A stretch of DNA of 64,000 nucleotides from an uncultured Chlamydiae bacterium (lineage in GTDB: Bacteria; Chlamydiota; Chlamydiia; Chlamydiales; Parachlamydiaceae), in NCBI GenBank assembly GCA_963754655.1, contig CAVWGN010000001.1, positions 2,528,001-2,592,000 of the forward strand, in the 5' to 3' direction. Below are positions 9,616 through 19,284 of the stretch, piece by piece (the first letter of the stretch is position 1; each line of letters opens with the position of its first letter). Under the pieces are notes generated by a model. It did not search any database. It saw only the letters and a program-made list of their open reading frames with translations, and was not told the origin of the DNA. Both the position numbers and the translations under genes were made by a program.

Positions 9616-11244
9616 TTAATTGATTACACCCTTGATTATATTACAAAAACTTAAGTTTAAAGATTGCAAAGATGTCAAATCCTTTAAATGCGCAAGCCCT
9701 TGATAGGTTAGCTTCGCGCATCCCTCTAATTTTAAAAATTGCAAAGAAGTCAAATTCTTTAAATGCACAAGCCCTGGATCGGTTAGCTTCGTCTGTCTTA
9801 AATCTAAAGATTGCAAAGTGTTCAAATTCTTTAAATGCGCAAGCCCTTTATTGGTTATATTACAAAAACTTAAGTTTAAAGATTGCAAAGAGGTCAAATC
9901 CTTTAAATGCGCAAGCCCTTGATCGGTTAGCTTCACGCATTTACTGAAGTTTAAAGATTGCAAAGAGGTCAAATTCTTTAAATGTGTAAGCCCTTGATTG
10001 GTTATGTTACAAAAACTTAAGTTTAAAGATTGCAAAGATGTCAAATCCTTTAAATGCGCAAGCCCTTGATCGGTTAGCTTCACGCATTTACTGAAGTTTA
10101 AAGATTGCAAAGAGGTCAAATTCTTTAAATGTGTAAGCCCTTGATTGGTTATGTTACAAAAACTTAAGTTTAAAGATTGCAAAGATGTCAAATCCTTTAA
10201 ATGCGCAAGCCCTTGATCGGTTAGCTTCACGCATTTACTTAAGTTTAAAGATTGCAAAGATGTCAAATTCTTTAAATGCACAAGCCCTTGATCGGTTAGC
10301 TTCGTCTGTTTTAAATCTAAAGATTGCAAAGAGTTCAAATTCTTTAAATGCGCAAGCCCTTGATTGGTTATATTACAAAAACTTAAGTTTAAAGATTGCA
10401 AAGAGGTCAAATCCTTTAAATGCGCAAGCCCTTGATTGGTTATATTACAAAAACTTAAGTTTAAAGATTGCAAAGAGGTCAAATCCTTTAAATGCGCAAG
10501 CCCTTTATTGGTGATCTGCTGACAATCTTTTAAATTAAGAGAAGTAAGATGAGTCAAGTTTTGGCTCAGTTTTTTAAGATCTGTATCTGTGATATTGCTA
10601 TTAATTAAATCTAGACTTTCACAATTGCGGCAATGCTTAAGAACAAGTTGCAAATCAGATTGGGAATAACTCTTAAGGGTTAAATTTTGAATCAAGCCTC
10701 CAATCTGTGCATTCAATACTTGATTGAATGAAGAAAGACGATGGAGGTTAGCTTCGAAAAGCAAGGCGGTAATGGGAGGATGAGAAGGAACAGATTTTAA
10801 GCTTTTGCAGACGGAACCTATTCCTTGTCTGCTATGAAAAATAATATTTTGCCAAATATCCAAAGGAAGAGTGTCAAGTGTCAAAAGAGATTCTCCTTCA
10901 GTAGCTTTTTTAATTTGAGAATTATCTTGAGACAAAAATTCTTCTTCATCTTCAGCAGAAAAATCTATCTCGTGTTGATCAACAAAAAGACTCCCAAGAT
11001 CTGAATCTTGGTTGTGAATGCGATCTGAATCTTGAATGGAATCTGGGTCTTGAATAGGATTGAAAAGTTCTTTTGCTTTAAAATAAGAAGAGCAATAGGA
11101 AAAAGCAGCATAACAAGCTGCTAACAAACCTAAAGCTACAGAGACAATGATTAAAATTTTTTTATTTTGACTCGTTAAAGTCGACTTAAACTTATCTATA
11201 AGCAAAATAGGACAAAAAGAATTAAAAGCCGGAAAATTAAACAA
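9616..11244 (-). CDS. LRR protein with N-terminal TM and F-box-like motif (paralogue A; last repeat frameshifted)
   Basis: LDTLPLDIWQNI F-box-like motif and 24/25-aa Cys-containing LRRs. A 4 bp deletion near 9634 relative to paralogue B removes the shared C-terminal tail. Confidence 0.9.
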   Translation of the reverse strand: MFNFPAFNSFCPILLIDKFKSTLTSQNKKILIIVSVALGLLAACYAAFSYCSSYFKAKELFNPIQDPDSIQDSDRIHNQDSDLGSLFVDQHEIDFSAEDEEEFLSQDNSQIKKATEGESLLTLDTLPLDIWQNIIFHSRQGIGSVCKSLKSVPSHPPITALLFEANLHRLSSFNQVLNAQIGGLIQNLTLKSYSQSDLQLVLKHCRNCESLDLINSNITDTDLKKLSQNLTHLTSLNLKDCQQITNKGLAHLKDLTSLQSLNLSFCNITNQGLAHLKDLTSLQSLNLSFCNITNQGLAHLKNLNSLQSLDLKQTKLTDQGLVHLKNLTSLQSLNLSKCVKLTDQGLAHLKDLTSLQSLNLSFCNITNQGLTHLKNLTSLQSLNFSKCVKLTDQGLAHLKDLTSLQSLNLSFCNITNQGLTHLKNLTSLQSLNFSKCVKLTDQGLAHLKDLTSLQSLNLSFCNITNKGLAHLKNLNTLQSLDLRQTKLTDPGLVHLKNLTSLQFLKLEGCAKLTYQGLAHLKDLTSLQSLNLSFCNIIKGVIN

Positions 11245-11371
11245 AATATTACTCCTAATTTATTAATTCTATGAATTATATCTTAAAATCAGTTTAAGTT
11301 CAATATTTACACATTATCTGGATGCCTTAGCAGCATGATGATTAAGCTGCTGTACTCGTGCCAACTTCACC

Positions 11372-11472
11372 TTTCAAGATGAATATCGTAGATTTCTAAA
11401 AAAAATATGAGGTTGTGTTTGATGAAAAATATGTTTGGAATTCGGTGATTCTCTTGTAGTCCTTCAGACTAC
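11372..11472 (+). pseudogene. 3' remnant of tnpA with its downstream hairpin
   Basis: TTTCAAGATGAATATCG...TTTGATGAAAAATATGTTTGG...TTCTCTTGTAGTCCTTCAGACTAC matches about 14484-14582. Confidence 0.85.
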
Positions 11473-11874
11473 ATGAGGATAGGAAATATGCCCCAGGGCG
11501 ATGCCCTGGGCTAGGGTGTTCATTTTGTGCAAAAAATGAGCTTTATTTTTCACAATAATTGGCATAGTTAAATTGAAGGTCGCATGTTTATGCCGTCCTT
11601 TCAGGACTCGATGTCTTTTTGATAGAACCCAGGCCTCCGCTTCGCTGCGACCTGGGCTGTAACATGACGGCCCTTCAGGCCTTAACAAGAGATGTTTAAG
11701 TCCCTCTTCTATAGTCCCTAAATCATCTTTTTGTTAAGGCCTGAAGGGCCGTCAATGTTGTCCGATCAAGCACATAGGTAACACATTATCCAAGGACATA
11801 GGTAACTCTATCTAAGCACATGGGTAACGGTTTTAATTAAAATAAAACACTTATATAATAAGGCAATGTCCTTT

Positions 11875-12318
11875 TTAGGCCCATCTATAAAGACAACTTT
11901 TTTGGTACAGCCTTTCAAGAGCCAGCTTAAACTCACTTATTACTATAGTTAAAGGGAGGTCATCTCCTGTTACACTGTCCTTAACATATTTTTCGTAAAT
12001 TTTCAAATCACTCCACTTTTTTGTCATAGCAATTCTAATGCATATTCTCGATTGAATTGACATGTATCGTTAACAACTGTACTTCCATTTTGAAGGAGAT
12101 TACGAATAAATCCCCCAGTATTCAGGATTTTCTGCCCTGAAGTCATTCTTACATTTGCAAACTCAACAACTTCTTTTAGCCTTTTTGAAGGGTATGTTTT
12201 TACCCAATAGCAAAGAGTTCCATCATCTGTATTTATTTCTTGCTCTTTCAACCATACGTATATCCTAATTTGCTCATCTGTAAGTTTAAACTTTTTGGTA
12301 GAAAATTTGTGTTTTCCT
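11875..12318 (-). pseudogene. 5'-truncated, frameshifted passenger gene fragment inside the IS
   Basis: The frame is open from near the transposase stop (KFKLTDEQIRIYVWLKEQEINTDDGTLCYW...) and continues in another frame (..MTKKWSDLKIYEKYV...RWA*). Confidence 0.5.
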
Positions 12319-13473
12319 TCATAATCTCTTAAACCCTCTGGCCATGTTAATTTTTCCTAGGAGAATTGGGCCGAAATAAATCCCCATTATCCCTACTTCA
12401 ATTTCTCTGAGTCCTACATATTCCCCTCGTAGCATTTCACTAATGAAGAAATAGGTGCCCTTCCAAGAAATCAATCCTCCTGCGCAAACTTTTCTGACTT
12501 CATAGTAACTGGGGTATTCAATGGGTTTGAATTTACCATCCCAAATAGGTCGAGAAGGTTTATACACGGAAGCTGGTGTTTGCTGGCCTAATGCTTCGTG
12601 GTAACGTCTGTTATTGTAATATTTTTTGAATTGAAGAAATTTTTCCTGTTGAAGAGATAACGTCAAGGCTGGGGGATTTGCTGTCTCATTTTTTAGAGTT
12701 AAATGAAACCTCTCATGCCTACCGTTTTGTTCAGGACATCCAGGATCGATCCATTCTGGAGTAACGCCAATTTTGATTAATTTAATTGCAATGCTAGATA
12801 ATCGACCTACAGCCAAAGAAGCAAAAGGGGGACCATTATCACTTCGCAATTTCTTTGGTAATCCGTACACATAAAAAAGTTGTTCTAATTCCTTCCAAAC
12901 ATCACATCCCCGTTTCCTTGGCATATGTTGACAATGAAGAAGATAGCGAGAAAAGCCATCTGTAACTGTTAAAGGTTCGCATATTTGATTATCACCTGTT
13001 CGAAACCACCCTTTAAAATCATACATCCAGGTATCATTTGAAGCGTTGCAATCGCCCAATGGAGCTGTTTGAGTAACATGTCTCCTGTGGATTCGTTGAT
13101 TGGACAAATTATTTCTCTTTAAAATATTACCGATACTGGCTTCAGAAGGCACTAATAATTCACGATAGTGATTTACAAGCTCGGCTCGTATTTTTTTAGG
13201 GCCCCAGTTAGGAAATTGCTTGCGAATACTGACAGTTGCTAATTCAACTTCTTTTGAAATTTGATTAGGGTGGGAAAAGGGAGCCCGAGAAAGGTCTTCA
13301 AGGCCCTTTTCTCCGTTTTTTTTAAATCTATTTAACCATTTATATCCTGTTTTAGTACTAATATTGTAACTTTCACATAAATCTGCAAAAGCTACATGGC
13401 GGCGATCAGTGCGTAAAGCTTGATCTATGAATTTTTTACGTTCCTCTGTAGTCGACATAATCCTCCAAGGCAT
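12319..13473 (-). CDS. IS481-family DDE transposase
   Basis: HTH (ISTKTGYKWLNRF), WGPKKI, and rve core WMYDFKG / SDNG / NGRHERFHLTLK; GGAGG RBS. Confidence 0.93.
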   Translation of the reverse strand: MPWRIMSTTEERKKFIDQALRTDRRHVAFADLCESYNISTKTGYKWLNRFKKNGEKGLEDLSRAPFSHPNQISKEVELATVSIRKQFPNWGPKKIRAELVNHYRELLVPSEASIGNILKRNNLSNQRIHRRHVTQTAPLGDCNASNDTWMYDFKGWFRTGDNQICEPLTVTDGFSRYLLHCQHMPRKRGCDVWKELEQLFYVYGLPKKLRSDNGPPFASLAVGRLSSIAIKLIKIGVTPEWIDPGCPEQNGRHERFHLTLKNETANPPALTLSLQQEKFLQFKKYYNNRRYHEALGQQTPASVYKPSRPIWDGKFKPIEYPSYYEVRKVCAGGLISWKGTYFFISEMLRGEYVGLREIEVGIMGIYFGPILLGKINMARGFKRL

Positions 13474-14010
13474 GGGTTTACCTCCAGTTGTTAATCAACC
13501 GGAGTGTTACCCATGTCCTTGGATAATGTCACCTATGTCCTTAGATAAAGTGTTACCCATGTCCCTAGATCGGACCATGTTACAGCCCAGGTCGCAGCGA
13601 AGCGGAGGCCTGGGTTCTATCAAAAAGACATCGAGTCCTGAAAGGACGGCATAAACATGCGACCTTCAATTTAACTATGCCAATTATTGTGAAAAATAAA
13701 GCTCATTTTTTGCACAAAATGAATACCCTGCCCTGGCTATTTCTATTTGAAGCCCTTCAGGCTATAAAACAAATAAAAGCTATTGGGTTATTTGGGAAAT
13801 ATCACTGACTCTTTGACCTCGCTTGCATAAGGTGAACTTGGAATATATCCTGAGCCATACAATGGAAAAAATTCAGTTAATGATCATATTAGACTTGCTG
13901 CGTATGACAATGGCTTGATTTATAATATTTATGTTAAATATGATGAGTTTTGACTCATACATATAGTGTACTTTCAACCTTTACATTTCCCTAATGTTAG
14001 TAGGTAGTTT

Positions 14011-14099
14011 GAGCCTGAAGGGCTCTAAAGTGAAATAGCCAGGCCAGCGGCCTGGGGAAAAAAACACCCCATATCGTAGTCTGAAAGACTACAAGAGAA
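14011..14099 (+). repeat. REP-like hairpin cluster upstream of tnpA (repeated at about 16139-16229 and 19991-20080)
   Basis: GAGCC-TGAAG-GGCTC, TAG-CCAGGCC..GGCCTGG and GTAGTC-TGAAA-GACTAC. Confidence 0.8.
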
Positions 14100-14102
14100 A
14101 TT

Positions 14103-14555
14103 ATGGCACAGTCACTTGCTAGCATTCTTATCCATATTATATTTAGCACCAAAACACGTCGGCCATTTATACAACCACCAATCATTAGAGATCTTTATTG
14201 TTATATGGCAAATATTGTGCGTGCGTATGGTTGCCATGCTTTTGAAATTGGAGGAGTTGAAGATCATGTTCATCTTCTTGTTTCTTTACCTCGTACTTTG
14301 CCATTGAGTAAGCTTATTGAGGAGGTTAAAAAAGGATCTTCCAAATGGATAAAAACAAATGGAGAGTTTTATTTAGATTTTGCTTGGCAAAATGGTTATG
14401 GTGCATTTTCTATAGGCCAATCAGGTTTTCCAGCTCTGCAAAAATATATTCAGAATCAAAAAGAACACCATAAAACACTAACATTTCAAGATGAATATCG
14501 CGAATTTCTAAAAAAATATCAAATCGAGTTTGATGAAAAATATGTTTGGGATTAG
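14103..14555 (+). CDS. tnpA: IS200/IS605-family HUH (Y1) tyrosine transposase associated with REP-like palindromes, copy 1
   Basis: HIIFSTK.R, HUH motif DHVH, WQNGY and catalytic YIQNQ. Bracketed by 23 bp inverted repeats at 14077-14099 and 14560-14582; no tnpB. Confidence 0.92.
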   Translation: MAQSLASILIHIIFSTKTRRPFIQPPIIRDLYCYMANIVRAYGCHAFEIGGVEDHVHLLVSLPRTLPLSKLIEEVKKGSSKWIKTNGEFYLDFAWQNGYGAFSIGQSGFPALQKYIQNQKEHHKTLTFQDEYREFLKKYQIEFDEKYVWD

Positions 14556-14622
14556 GTGATTCTCTTGTAGTTCTTCAGACTATTATAAAACAAATAAAAG
14601 CTATTGGACTATTTACAGGATA

Positions 14623-15525
14623 TCACTCATTTAAATCGGATGTCAGTTTAAAAAGAGTTTGCTCAAACCAATCATCTTTATAATAAATTTCATTTAATTT
14701 CTTATTTAATTCATCATATTTTTCTTTTAGTTGAATGGTTTCTGAATGATCACAATCTGAAAGAAACATTACACGATTAATTGAAGCAATAATATTAAAG
14801 TCATGTTCATGAAATAATTTCAATTTATCATTAATTTTATTTAGATTTTTTTTGATAATGTCTAATTTGTATATGCCAGATTTTTTTGCTCTTTCTAATA
14901 AATCTATTAAATGTTCTCTCTTCTGAAATAAGATAGCATTATGTTTACCAAATCCCAGTAAAATTCCCAGCAGTCCTTCATTATCATGAAGAATACTAAA
15001 TACATTTGTATTTTCTAGCTGAAATTGATTTAGTAATTTTTCAGCTGATATTTCATGATCAATAAATTTTTTGAATATATTGATCTCTTGACTTATAATT
15101 TTTTTGAAAGCTTCCTTATTTATCAAAAATATTCTTCTTTTTTTACCAATTGTTTTCTCTATTAAAAGGAATTTTTTTATTTCAAATCTGTCACTGTATT
15201 TTTTCCAAATTTTCCATCGTTCTTTTATTAATCTATTTGGTTCAGAGTACACTTCTAGAATTTCTTTACAAGATTGATCTAAAGGGAAATCTTCTAAGAC
15301 TTTCAACAAGTGACTTTCTTCTAAAGATACGTCGCAATAAGTCATAGGCTTATCACCATATAGAGAGTAAGCAAACGTATGTGTCTTAAATAAATCTTTG
15401 AATAGAGATTTGATTTCTTCTCTATCATTTTTTGGAATTGAATTAATAATCTCAATTGTATGACTATAGTCGCTTGCACTCAAATTCATGCAAGCGAATA
15501 AAACAAAAAGAATAAGAATCATCAT
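14623..15525 (-). CDS. Hypothetical secreted protein
   Basis: 300 aa with a signal-peptide-like N-terminus; very AT-rich. Confidence 0.75.
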   Translation of the reverse strand: MMILILFVLFACMNLSASDYSHTIEIINSIPKNDREEIKSLFKDLFKTHTFAYSLYGDKPMTYCDVSLEESHLLKVLEDFPLDQSCKEILEVYSEPNRLIKERWKIWKKYSDRFEIKKFLLIEKTIGKKRRIFLINKEAFKKIISQEINIFKKFIDHEISAEKLLNQFQLENTNVFSILHDNEGLLGILLGFGKHNAILFQKREHLIDLLERAKKSGIYKLDIIKKNLNKINDKLKLFHEHDFNIIASINRVMFLSDCDHSETIQLKEKYDELNKKLNEIYYKDDWFEQTLFKLTSDLNE

Positions 15526-15533
15526 TTAACTTG

Positions 15534-15737
15534 TTATTTCGCGTTTCTGCATTTTTCACGTGAATCATGCACTTCTCCGCATCTTAAACACTTCATTATT
15601 CTGCCTTCCAAATCCTGGATATAAATTCCAACTGATCCTGGTGCCACATATAGCTTGCCATCCAGTTCGCTCATAGAACTAGCAAAACATTGAAAACTTA
15701 GCGCACATCCTAATAGACTTAACATAAAATTTTTCAT
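15534..15737 (-). CDS. Small hypothetical exported protein with CxxC
   Basis: AAGGAG RBS, signal-peptide-like N-terminus, CLRC...C; 8 bp upstream of the next gene. Confidence 0.6.
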   Translation of the reverse strand: MKNFMLSLLGCALSFQCFASSMSELDGKLYVAPGSVGIYIQDLEGRIMKCLRCGEVHDSREKCRNAK

Positions 15738-16232
15738 AGATTCTCCTTGATTAAAGTGGATTTAAAAATCAAGGAAGATGCCTGTAAAATAAAAATTTTT
15801 CAAGAATAATTTTTGAGATGAAAAAAAAGTTTCATAATCACCCATGAATGCCAATTCTTTTCAGAATATGTTTGGTAAGCCTGCATGTTATATTGCTAAA
15901 TTTTTTTAAGGTGTCATTTATGCTCTTAGAATAAATCCGAGCCATATAATGGAAAAAATTCAGTTAATGATCATATTAGACTTGCTACGATTCTAAAAAA
16001 ATTTAAGCCAATAGAAAAGAAGTATGACAATGGCTTGATTTATAATATTTATGTTAAATATGATGAGTTTTGACTCATACATATACATATATAGTGTACT
16101 TTCAACCTTTACATTTACCTAATGTTAGTAGGTAGTTTGAGCCTGAAGGGCTCTAAAGTGAAATAGCCTAGGCCAGCAGCCTAGTAAAAAAACACCCCCC
16201 ATATCGTAGTCTGAAAGACTACAAGAGAAATT

Positions 16233-16685
16233 ATGGCACAGTCACTTGCTAGCATTCTTATCCATATTATATTTAGCACCAAAACACGTCGGCCATTTAT
16301 ACAACCACCAATCATTAGAGATCTTCATTGTTATATGGCAAATATTGTGCGTGCGTATGGTTGCCATGCTTTTGAAATTGGAGGAGTTGAGAATCATGTT
16401 CATCTTCTTGTTTCTTTACCTCGTACTTTGCCATTGAGTAAGCTTATTGAGGAGGTTAAAAAAGGATCTTCCAAATGGATAAAAACAAATGGAGAGTTTT
16501 ATTTAGATTTTGCTTGGCAAAATGGTTATGGTGCATTTTCTATAGGCCAATCAGGTTTTCCAGCTCTGCAAAAATATATTCAGAATCAAAAAGAACACCA
16601 TAAAACACTAACATTTCAAGATGAATATCGCGAATTTCTAAAAAAATATGAAATCGAGTTTGATGAAAAATATGTTTGGGATTAG
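16233..16685 (+). CDS. tnpA: IS200/IS605-family HUH tyrosine transposase, copy 2
   Basis: Three aa differences from copy 1 (Y32H, D54N, Q140E); inverted repeats at 16207-16229 and 16690-16712. Confidence 0.92.
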   Translation: MAQSLASILIHIIFSTKTRRPFIQPPIIRDLHCYMANIVRAYGCHAFEIGGVENHVHLLVSLPRTLPLSKLIEEVKKGSSKWIKTNGEFYLDFAWQNGYGAFSIGQSGFPALQKYIQNQKEHHKTLTFQDEYREFLKKYEIEFDEKYVWD

Positions 16686-17003
16686 GTGATTCTCTTGTAG
16701 TCCTTCAGACTATATAACGATAGGCAATCTGACTCAGAACGATGCCCTTGTCATTACCCAAATTTTTTAAAAATTTATTATTTTCATTAACTTTGCACCT
16801 TCTACAAGCTCTATAAGCCTACTCATGCCGAGCCAAAGGGTCTTTAACCCCGGCATTCCATCACTTTTTCTGTTAAGGTGACCTCTACTGCCAATAATTT
16901 AAGTAACATTTATCAAAATTTTAATTTCGCTGTCTTACGTCTGTAAATGAAGATAAGCTGATTCTCATTCATAGATAATGAGACAATGCCTTAAAAATGC
17001 TGA

Positions 17004-19037
17004 CTATAAAATGATGTGTAAACGATTCCTAAAAAAGTCTCTTAATTGATTACACCCTTGATTGGTTATATTACGAAAACTTAAGTTTAAAGATTGCAAA
17101 GATGTCAAATCCTTTAAATGCGCAAGCCCTTGATCGGTTAGCTTCGCGCATCCCTCTAATTTTAAAGATTGCAAAGAGGTCAAATTCTTTAAATGTGCAA
17201 GCCCTTGATTGGTTATATTACAAAAACTTAAGTCTAAAGATTGCAAAGAGGTCAAATCCTTTAAATGCGCAAGCCCTTGATCGGTTAGCTTCGCGCATGC
17301 CTGTAATTCTAAAGATTGCAAAGAGGTCAAATCCTTTAAATGCGCAAGCCCTTGATCGGTTAGCTTCGCGCATCTCTCTAATTTTAAAGATTGCAAAGAG
17401 GTCAAATTCTTTAAATGTGCAAGCCCTCGATTGGTTATATTACAAAAACCTAAGTTTAAAGATTGCAAAGAGGTCAAATCCTTTAAATGCGCAAGCCCTT
17501 GATCGGTTATATTACAAAAACTTAAGTCTAAAGATTGCAAAGATGTCAAATTCTTTAAATGCATAAGCCCTTGATTGGTTATATTACAACAATTTAAGTT
17601 TAAAGATTGCAAAGATGTCAAATCCTTTAAATGCGCAAGCCCTTGATCGGTTAGCTTCACGCATTTACTTAAGTTTAAAGATTGCAAAGAAGTCAAATTC
17701 TTTAAATGCACAAGCCCTGGATCGCTTAGCTTCGTCTGTCTTAAATCTAAAGATTGCAAAGAGTTCAAATTCTTTAAATGCGCAAGCCCTTTATTGGTTA
17801 TATTACAAAAACTTAAGTTTAAAGATTGCAAAGAGGTCAAATCCTTTAAATGCGCAAGCCCTTGATCGGTTATATTACAAAAACTTAAGTCTAAAGATTG
17901 CAAAGATGTCAAATTCTTTAAATGTGCAAGCCCTTGATTGGTTATGTTACAAAAACTTAAGTTTAAAGATTGCAAAGATGTCAAATCCTTTAAATGCGCA
18001 AGCCCTTGATCAGTTAGCCTCACGCATTTACTTAAATTTAAAGATTGCAAAGATGTCAAATCCTTTAAATGCGCAAGCCCTTGATCAGTTAGCCTCACGC
18101 ATTTACTTAAGTTTAAAGATTGCAAAGAGGTCAAATTCTTTAAATGCACAAGCCCTGGATCGGTTAGCTTCGTCTGTCTTAAATCTAAAGATTGCAAAGA
18201 GTTCAAATTCTTTAAATGCGCAAGCCCTTGATTGGTTATATTACAAAAACTTAAGTTTAAAGATTGCAAAGAGGTCAAATCCTTTAAATGCGCAAGCCCT
18301 TTATTGGTGATTTGCTGACAATTTTTTAAATTAAGAGAAGTAAGATGAGTCAAGTTCTGGCTCAGTTTTTTAAGATCTGTATCTGTGATGCTCTTATTTA
18401 AAGATAGACTTTCACAATTGCGGCAATTCTTAAGAACAAGTTGCAGATTAGATTGAGAAGTTTTTATAAGGGTTAAAGTTTTAATCGAAGCTCCCACCTC
18501 TGAATTCAATACTTGATTGAATGAAGAAAGACGATGACAGTTAGTTTCGAAGAGCAGTGCAGCAATGGGAGGATGAGAAGGAACAGATTCTAAGCTTTTG
18601 CAGACGGACCCTATTCCTTGTCTGCTATGAGAAATAATATTTTGCCAAATATCCAAAGGAAGAGTGTCGAGTGTCAAAAGAGATTCTCCTTCAGTAGCTT
18701 TTTTAATTTGAGAATTATCTTCAGACAAAAATTCTTCTTCATCTTCAACAGAAAAATCTATCTCGTGTTGATCAACAAAGAGACTCCCAAGATCTGGATC
18801 TTGGTTGTGAATGCGATCTGAATCTTGAATGGAATCTGGGTCTTGAATAGGATTGAAAAGTTCTTTTGCTTTAAAATAAGAAGAGCAATAGGAAAAAGCA
18901 GCATAACAAGCTGCTAACAAACCTAAAGCTACAGAGACAATGATTAAAATTTTTTTATTTTGACTCGTTAAAGTCAACTTAAACTTATCTATAAGCAAAA
19001 TAGGACAAAAAGAATTAAAAGCCGGAAAATTTAACAA
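17004..19037 (-). CDS. LRR protein with N-terminal TM and F-box-like motif (paralogue B)
   Basis: N-terminus nearly identical to 9616-11244; more LRR units; intact C-terminal tail. Confidence 0.92.
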   Translation of the reverse strand: MLNFPAFNSFCPILLIDKFKLTLTSQNKKILIIVSVALGLLAACYAAFSYCSSYFKAKELFNPIQDPDSIQDSDRIHNQDPDLGSLFVDQHEIDFSVEDEEEFLSEDNSQIKKATEGESLLTLDTLPLDIWQNIISHSRQGIGSVCKSLESVPSHPPIAALLFETNCHRLSSFNQVLNSEVGASIKTLTLIKTSQSNLQLVLKNCRNCESLSLNKSITDTDLKKLSQNLTHLTSLNLKNCQQITNKGLAHLKDLTSLQSLNLSFCNITNQGLAHLKNLNSLQSLDLRQTKLTDPGLVHLKNLTSLQSLNLSKCVRLTDQGLAHLKDLTSLQSLNLSKCVRLTDQGLAHLKDLTSLQSLNLSFCNITNQGLAHLKNLTSLQSLDLSFCNITDQGLAHLKDLTSLQSLNLSFCNITNKGLAHLKNLNSLQSLDLRQTKLSDPGLVHLKNLTSLQSLNLSKCVKLTDQGLAHLKDLTSLQSLNLNCCNITNQGLMHLKNLTSLQSLDLSFCNITDQGLAHLKDLTSLQSLNLGFCNITNRGLAHLKNLTSLQSLKLERCAKLTDQGLAHLKDLTSLQSLELQACAKLTDQGLAHLKDLTSLQSLDLSFCNITNQGLAHLKNLTSLQSLKLEGCAKLTDQGLAHLKDLTSLQSLNLSFRNITNQGCNQLRDFFRNRLHIIL

Positions 19038-19165
19038 AATCTTACCCCTAATTTATTAATTCTATGAATTATAATCCTAAAATCAGTTTAAGTTCAATAT
19101 TTACACATTATCTGGATGCCTTAGCAGCATGATGATTAAGCTGCTGTACTCGTGCCAACTTCACC

Positions 19166-19266
19166 TTTCAAGATGAATATCGTAGATTTCTAAAAAAAAT
19201 ATGAGGTTGTGTTTGATGAAAAATATGTTTGGAATTCGGTGATTCTCTTGTAGTCCTTCAGACTAC
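19166..19266 (+). pseudogene. 3' remnant of tnpA (duplicate of 11372-11472)
   Basis: Same sequence as 11372-11472. Confidence 0.85.
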
Positions 19267-19284
19267 ATGAGGATAGAAAATATG

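Larger units (their letters stand above)
11760..13576 (-). mobile_element. IS481-family insertion sequence (about 1.8 kb) with passenger DNA
   Basis: Ends GTCCGATC...GATCGGAC; three ACAT(A/G)GGT(A/G)AC sites at each end (11772, 11796, 11818; 13506, 13528, 13552). ATGTT is duplicated at 11755-11759 and 13577-13581. Exact ends are uncertain by 1-2 bp. Confidence 0.85.
11491..13835. repeat. Giant REP-built palindrome P1, with its right arm interrupted by an IS481-family element
   Basis: Left arm about 11508-11688, loop about 11689-11730; the right arm starts at 11731, is cut at about 11759 and resumes at about 13577-13733. The outer flank runs to TAAGGTGA at 13835. Confidence 0.9.

Noticed and set aside
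14103..14555. IS605-type TnpB/omegaRNA system
   Set aside because: No tnpB or iscB ORF next to any tnpA copy.
9672..18310. Repetitive + strand ORFs (MSNPLNAQALDRLAS...) opposite the LRR genes
   Set aside because: Antisense shadows of the 72/75 bp LRR repeats; no independent signals.
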